NCBI GenBank assembly: GCA_963977405.1
Contig: CAXBOY010000005.1
Location: 3,447 to 67,446, forward strand
Origin: an uncultured Gammaproteobacteria bacterium
GTDB taxonomy: Bacteria > Pseudomonadota > Gammaproteobacteria > Pseudomonadales > Pseudohongiellaceae
Reading direction: 5' to 3'
DNA: 64,000 nucleotides
Shown here: one piece after another, positions 60,176-64,000 of the stretch
How positions within the stretch are numbered: the stretch's first letter is position 1
Layout: each line of letters begins with the position of its first letter
Notes under the pieces: model-generated
Seen by the model: the letters and a program-made list of their open reading frames with translations, nothing else
Told to the model about the DNA's origin: nothing
Databases searched by the model: none
Program-made: the position numbers and the translations under genes

Positions 60176-60568
60176 CTAGGCTCCGAAACTCATGACGCGG
60201 TCTGAATTAGTATTGGCGTCCACCAACTGACCAAGGCCCGATAGCACAAACTGCGCGCCCATACTCGCGGCCTCTTTCTCATAGCGCGCGGCTTCCTGCG
60301 GATCTAATACGCCGCGGCGCAGGGCAGAGGAGACGCAGCTGATGGCATCTAGCTTATGTGTTTTGATGAGCTCGGACCACGCCTTGACCAGATCGAACTC
60401 GTCCTGCGGTGGAGTGCTCGAGGCATTGCTGTTGTGCACGCCGTCGTAATAGAAGAACAGCCTATAAATCTCGTGGCCCGCCGCTAGGGCTGACGACGTG
60501 AAGCGGTAGGCGCTATAGGCGGCCTCCGAAGAGTAGGGGGCGCTGTGCACTAGGACGGTCAATTTCAC
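60176..60568 (-). CDS. tusD: sulfurtransferase complex subunit TusD (DsrE family)
   Basis: 130 aa. RLFFYYDGV and ISCVSSALRRGV (active-site Cys region) resemble E. coli TusD. Confidence 0.87.
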   Translation of the reverse strand: MKLTVLVHSAPYSSEAAYSAYRFTSSALAAGHEIYRLFFYYDGVHNSNASSTPPQDEFDLVKAWSELIKTHKLDAISCVSSALRRGVLDPQEAARYEKEAASMGAQFVLSGLGQLVDANTNSDRVMSFGA

Positions 60569-60620
60569 GGGTGTTTGCTCGTGCGTATAAGAATGAAGTG
60601 TGGATTATAGGCTGCTTGAA

Positions 60621-60650
60621 ATAAAAAAGCCCCGGTGACTACCGAGGCTT
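60621..60650 (-). terminator. rho-independent terminator downstream of yccA
   Basis: Stem AGCCCCGG (60628-60635) / CCGAGGCT (60642-60649) with one mismatch. On the minus strand it is followed by a T-run (plus-strand AAAAAA 60623-60628), about 25 nt after the yccA stop. Confidence 0.68.
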
Positions 60651-60673
60651 TTCGAAAGGCGTTTCGGAAGCGA

Positions 60674-61339
60674 TCAATCGTCGCCAGAGAATGCCGTTAG
60701 CAAGTGAATCAAGCTCATGAACAGATTGTAGATGGACACGAACAGGGTAATGGTCGCCAAGATATAGTTGCGCTCGCCGCCATTCACGATCTGGCCGGTC
60801 TGGTACAAGATGATCGCGCTAGAGAACAACATGAAGCCCACTGAAATAGCGAGTTGTAGGGCAGGAATCTGCAGGAAGATGCTCATAATCACAGCCCCTA
60901 GCAGTACGAAAAAGCCCGCAGTGATGAAGCCAGTGAGGAACGAGAAGTCTTTACGCGAAACCAGCGCATAACCCGAGAGGCCGAAGAATATGAAGGCCGT
61001 GCCACCGAGTGCAGTAGTCACAATTTCACTGCCGCCCGAGGTGGACATATACATGCCGATCATTGGCCCCGTGCCATAGCCTATCCAGCCAGCGAAGGCG
61101 AATATAGTGACTAGGCCCCAAGCGCTGCGTGCTAGTGCTTGGGTGGCGAATAACAGCCCGTACAAGCCAATGATATACATCCAGATGTTCATTGGTGCAG
61201 CATTGGTGCCTACAAAGGCCATAAAGGCGCTAAAGGCCAGTGTGAGACCCAAAAGCATATAGGTGTTCTTTAGTACCTTATTAACAGCAACAACCGATCC
61301 ACGGGTTTGTGAAGCGTTTAAAACATCTATCTGGCTCAT
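60674..61339 (-). CDS. yccA: Bax inhibitor-1/YccA family membrane protein
   Basis: 221 aa with seven hydrophobic helices and N-terminal VNKVLKNTYMLLGLTL. The conserved tusE/yccA/tRNA-Ser neighbourhood matches E. coli. Confidence 0.87.
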   Translation of the reverse strand: MSQIDVLNASQTRGSVVAVNKVLKNTYMLLGLTLAFSAFMAFVGTNAAPMNIWMYIIGLYGLLFATQALARSAWGLVTIFAFAGWIGYGTGPMIGMYMSTSGGSEIVTTALGGTAFIFFGLSGYALVSRKDFSFLTGFITAGFFVLLGAVIMSIFLQIPALQLAISVGFMLFSSAIILYQTGQIVNGGERNYILATITLFVSIYNLFMSLIHLLTAFSGDD

Positions 61340-61689
61340 TAAGTAATCTCCGTAGTTATACTGTGCAGACTAAAGACCGGGAATGCGGTGCTTGTGTTTC
61401 AATTTTTCAAGCGATCCGCACACTAAACAATTATGGGGCTAAAACCCCGAATTTCAATAGCCCTCAGCCATATTAAGGCAGCCTCGATTGTACCTTGCGG
61501 CGTTGCGAAAGTAACTCCTTGTAAGCTAACAGCGATTTGTTGCCAATCTGTGGCTGATTGGGAACGGTTTCTAGTAAACGGCATTTTTTGCAAAAGCGGG
61601 GGCAGGGTAATGGTTGTCCCAGATAATAATGATAAGAGTGCTTTAACACCTTTGTTTTTGTGAACTCTCGAGCTATTAGTTTAGCGATA

Positions 61690-61800
61690 GACATGAGTTC
61701 GGCATTCGCTTCTGTGACACGCCGTGAACCCGTCCCTGGGGGCTCGACGCCAGCATCCATGCTGTCGACGGTACACAGAAGCGAACACCAAACTCATGTC
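61690..61800. repeat. long inverted repeat (27-nt arms, 57-nt loop)
   Basis: GACATGAGTTCGGCATTCGCTTCTGTG (61690-61716) pairs with CACAGAAGCGAACACCAAACTCATGTC (61774-61800). 24 of 27 positions are complementary. The 3 mismatches are C-A/A-C on the plus strand, which become G-U wobbles in a minus-strand transcript. Confidence 0.8.
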
Positions 61801-61823
61801 TTCAGATTAAGTGGGATAGCAAT

Positions 61824-61889
61824 GGGGCAGGGTGCGTGAATGCACCGGTCTTAAAAACCGACGAGGGCGAAAGCTCTCCGAGAGTTCGA
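61824..61889 (+). pseudogene. tRNA-Ser pseudogene fragment (no T-arm 3' half or acceptor 3' strand; anticodon position TGA changed to TAA)
   Basis: 61838-61889 equals positions 62133-62184 of the intact tRNA-Ser except for one G to A change at 61853. The 5' part is degenerate and the 3' end is replaced by the R element. Confidence 0.8.
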
Positions 61890-62010
61890 CCGAAAGCGAA
61901 GCTTTCGGCACCTAGCGCAAAGCGCGCAGCCCGCAGGGTTTTCACAGCCTTAAGGCTGTGAAAAGTAATCTCTGCGGTCACTTCAGCGTAATCTGCATCG
62001 CAGCAGCGTG
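61881..62010. repeat. 130-bp multi-hairpin repeat, copy R1
   Basis: AGAGTTCGACCGAAAGCGAAGCTTTCGGCACCTAGCGCAAAGCGCGCAGCCCGCAGGGTTTTCACAGCCTTAAGGCTGTGAAAAGTAATCTCT... Pairs with copy R2. Hairpins at 61890-61908 (8 bp) and 61939-61964 (11 bp). Confidence 0.85.
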
Positions 62011-62071
62011 AGGTACTTCCCCCGAATTAGCCAAACCGTCTAGTTCAAACCGGTTTATTGCCAATATGTGG

Positions 62072-62099
62072 TTGACTGGAAATGATTTTCTAGTAAGAT
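62072..62099 (+). promoter_or_regulatory. predicted sigma70 promoter of tRNA-Ser
   Basis: TTGACT (62072-62077), 16-nt spacer, TAAGAT (62094-62099), then a GC-rich discriminator TACGCCCCG. The tRNA 5' end lies 13 nt downstream of the -10. Confidence 0.55.
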
Positions 62100-62112
62100 T
62101 ACGCCCCGTTGC

Positions 62113-62202
62113 GGAGGGGTGGCAGAGTGGTTGAATGCACCGGTCTTGAAAACCGACGAGGGCGAAAGCTCTCCGAGAGTTCGAATCTCTCTCCCTCCGC
62201 CA
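62113..62202 (+). tRNA. serT: tRNA-Ser (anticodon UGA), long variable arm, encoded CCA
   Basis: Cloverleaf folded by hand. Acceptor GGAGGGG/TCCCTCC, D-stem GCA/TGC with loop GAGTGGTTGAA, anticodon loop CTTGAAA, 6-bp variable stem with GAAA loop, T-arm GAGAG-TTCGAAT-CTCTC, discriminator G, CCA. One C-A mismatch at the base of the anticodon stem. Confidence 0.92.
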
Positions 62203-62286
62203 CTTTTAACTTCTACCACCCTCAGCGCCAACTCCAAATCTCCCAGAATCTAATGCAGCCCCCAGCGGGAGAGATATTCGAACGTC

Positions 62287-62416
62287 AGAGTTCGACCGAA
62301 AGCGTCGCTTTCGGCACCAAGCGCAAAGCGCGCAGCCCGAAGGGTTTTCACAGCCCAAAGGCTGTGAAAAGTAATCTCTCCCACAACGTCAAAGTAATCA
62401 GCACCGCAGCAGCGTG
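62287..62416. repeat. 130-bp multi-hairpin repeat, copy R2
   Basis: Same element as 61881-62010. By my count there are 6 differences in the first ~92 nt, all in hairpin loops or linkers. The distal ~40 nt are more divergent, and both copies end in CGCAGCAGCGTG. Confidence 0.85.
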
Positions 62417-62470
62417 CCATCCCCAAACTTAAAGCATCTCATCCCCAGCAGCGTGATTTCTCACGGCAAA

Positions 62471-63163
62471 CTACCGCCCCAATCCCTCCAAAAACCTCAA
62501 AACCGGATATTTCTCCTCCCCTCGAAACAAGCCCTGGTTATACCCACCTAAACTGAAGGTGCCCGGAACGACGTGACTCGGAGTTAGGAAAACTAAGTAC
62601 TCTTCATCGGGAAAAATCGAAACATTCTTTATCGCGTTAAATTGATGATTAGGCTCTACTCCAACCCGAACTCTGTTTCTCTCGAATGTCCCGGCTAGTG
62701 CCTGCTCGAGCTCTTTTTGTCTTCTTTCATATTCTAGGGCGTCTAAGGTTTGCGCTTCGAACGCCAATATTAGAGCATCTCTCTCTGCCATCAACGCCGT
62801 CCTACGCTCAACTTGTAAGGACTCTCTAAAGTTTGTCGCTTCGCCACGACTTATACCCCAGTCCAAAAAGGGCAACATGTCGTTACCTACCCGTATAAAG
62901 ATCGGCTCGTTATGATCTCTAGTCGTATTATCGACGAATATCTCACTTGGCAAAAATTCGAGTTCCCACCGGTCGGTAGCCAAGCCTATCCCATTGTCAG
63001 GCTCCATAGCCTCGGTGATCACAAACTGCCCCGTTGCAACGATCGCGTAGGATTGTAGGTTTAGCAATCCGTGAGTATAGAAATCAAACTCTGGTACTGG
63101 TTCGGCTGCATTCGTACTATCGAATATTAGAATGCACGCAAGAAAAGCATGATGAAATTTCAT
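62471..63163 (-). CDS. hypothetical secreted protein
   Basis: 230 aa with a signal peptide (MKFHHAFLACILIFDSTNA) and a central coiled-coil-like charged segment. No motif I recognise. Appears lower in GC than its surroundings by eye. Confidence 0.55.
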   Translation of the reverse strand: MKFHHAFLACILIFDSTNAAEPVPEFDFYTHGLLNLQSYAIVATGQFVITEAMEPDNGIGLATDRWELEFLPSEIFVDNTTRDHNEPIFIRVGNDMLPFLDWGISRGEATNFRESLQVERRTALMAERDALILAFEAQTLDALEYERRQKELEQALAGTFERNRVRVGVEPNHQFNAIKNVSIFPDEEYLVFLTPSHVVPGTFSLGGYNQGLFRGEEKYPVLRFLEGLGR

Positions 63164-63189
63164 TGAGCCTCCGTTGCTTCAAGTACTCT

Positions 63190-63624
63190 CTATTTCTCCA
63201 CATACCCCAACAAAGACTGATTAACAATCGCATCCCACCCAGCCTCGAAATTATGTGCGGCGAGATCGGGGTTATCACTAGGGAAGGTGTGCAGTCCCGA
63301 GTGTGTAAGTCTCAGTAATGTCTTTTCCCTCTGTGGAATAAGCTCAAAGCTCACGAGAGAATCTCCAGCGTAACCGTCATAGCGCCAGCTATAACTCAAT
63401 TTCTCGCAAGGCACGACTTCTTTAACTTCGCACAAGTGAACGTATTGCTTCTCAGGGCTAGGCCCACCAGTGAAGGTGAACTTAAACCCGACCTCGGCTT
63501 TGAATTCGGGCAGGTCGAAATACCATTGCTTCATCTCGTCCTTGTCGGTTAAGGCGCGCCAAAGAGCCTCTGCGGAGGTGGGAAAGAAGCGCTCTACTAT
63601 GATCGGCTTTGCGGGGTTGCTCAT
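63190..63624 (-). CDS. SRPBCC (AHSA1/START-like) domain protein
   Basis: 144 aa. IIVERFFPTSAEALWRALTDKDEMKQWYF is typical of the Aha1-like SRPBCC family commonly paired with ArsR regulators. 4-nt overlap with the upstream arsR-family gene. Confidence 0.78.
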   Translation of the reverse strand: MSNPAKPIIVERFFPTSAEALWRALTDKDEMKQWYFDLPEFKAEVGFKFTFTGGPSPEKQYVHLCEVKEVVPCEKLSYSWRYDGYAGDSLVSFELIPQREKTLLRLTHSGLHTFPSDNPDLAAHNFEAGWDAIVNQSLLGYVEK

Positions 63625-63956
63625 GGCTTATTCTCCTTCTTATCGTGCTCAGGTAAATCCTCAAGGTGTAGGGCTAGGGCGTCTAGTTTCTGGTTCCAGA
63701 AAATCTCATACTGCGTAAGCCAATTTTTTACTGGCTGTAGGTTCTCTAGCTTGCTAGAACAGATGCGCTCGCGGCCTTGTTGGCGTATCTGCAAGACGTC
63801 ACATTCGGCGAGGATCTTAATATGCTTGGAGATCGCAGGCCGGCTGATCGTGAACTGTTCGGCAATTGCATTGAGGTTCATAGGCTTGTTGGCAAGCATA
63901 TGGATAATCGCTCTGCGCGTAGGGTCCGCGATGGCTTGAAATACGTCTCTTCGCAT
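63621..63956 (-). CDS. ArsR/SmtB family transcriptional regulator
   Basis: 111 aa. VFQAIADPTRRAIIHMLANKPMNLNAIAEQFTISRPAISKHIKIL is the winged-helix core of the ArsR family. Confidence 0.88.
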   Translation of the reverse strand: MRRDVFQAIADPTRRAIIHMLANKPMNLNAIAEQFTISRPAISKHIKILAECDVLQIRQQGRERICSSKLENLQPVKNWLTQYEIFWNQKLDALALHLEDLPEHDKKENKP

Positions 63957-64000
63957 TACGAATCCTCTTTATGTAATCGAATGGTTACGAATATAGTTCG

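Noticed and set aside
61433-61760. ORFs 61433-61663 (+, 76 aa) and 61473-61760 (-, 95 aa) between yccA and tRNA-Ser
   Set aside because: They overlap each other, the decayed promoter/tRNA remnant and the long inverted repeat. I see no RBS, no recognisable motif and an odd composition.
61824-61889. Functional tRNA with anticodon UAA (a Ser-type body reading Leu UUA codons)
   Set aside because: The fragment lacks the 3' half of the T-arm, the acceptor 3' strand and CCA, and its 5' acceptor and D region is degenerate and interrupted. It cannot fold into a cloverleaf.
62109-62432. 107-aa plus-strand ORF
   Set aside because: It runs straight through the tRNA-Ser gene and the R2 hairpin repeat, so it is an artefact of the six-frame translation.

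Overview
The window reads as conserved core chromosome of a gammaproteobacterium, roughly 50-55% GC by eye. Gene order resembles, from memory, the Pseudomonas aeruginosa purB-hflD-mnmA ... idh-cspD-clpS-clpA-infA-bpt-aat-trxB-ftsK-lolA-rarA-serS-cysG and cysB-cysH-thrH-pabB blocks. It also shares the E. coli tusE-yccA-serT neighbourhood.

Content by region:
- 1-13.8 kb: a co-directional Entner-Doudoroff plus glycogen array (edd-eda-glk-malQ-glgB-glgX-glgP-glgC-glgA) with several overlapping stop/start junctions.
- 13.9-32 kb: a membrane-anchored dynamin-like GTPase, an M16 peptidase, RNA methyltransferases, mtnC, glpE, an argD-coupled PAS/GAF diguanylate cyclase, msrA, a patatin-like lipase and cysB/cysH/thrH.
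- 32-39 kb: pabB, a small secretin-like exported protein, roxA, purB, hflD, mnmA and nudJ.
- 39-62 kb: moaCDE, a REP cluster, rluE, monomeric IDH, the clp/infA/N-end-rule/trxB/ftsK/lolA/rarA/crcB/serS/cysG block, purC, tusDCBE, yccA and a tRNA-Ser(UGA) locus.
- After tRNA-Ser: three accessory-looking genes (secreted hypothetical, SRPBCC, ArsR).

I see no CRISPR array, integrase, transposase, reverse transcriptase, toxin-antitoxin pair or recognisable defence operon, so I cannot support an obvious novel multi-gene system.

The observations most worth a second look:
1. moaE has an in-frame TGA exactly where a conserved Trp codon is expected.
2. A 265-aa mini-secretin-like protein is translationally coupled to roxA.
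3. A compact solitary dynamin-like GTPase carries a C-terminal transmembrane hairpin.
4. The tRNA-Ser locus holds a decayed tandem copy (pseudo-tRNA) that appears interrupted by a 215-bp hairpin-containing insertion flanked by a 10-bp direct repeat.
5. A duplicated 130-bp multi-hairpin element differs between its two copies only in loops.

All protein identifications rest on motifs and remembered homolog sequences, not on database searches.
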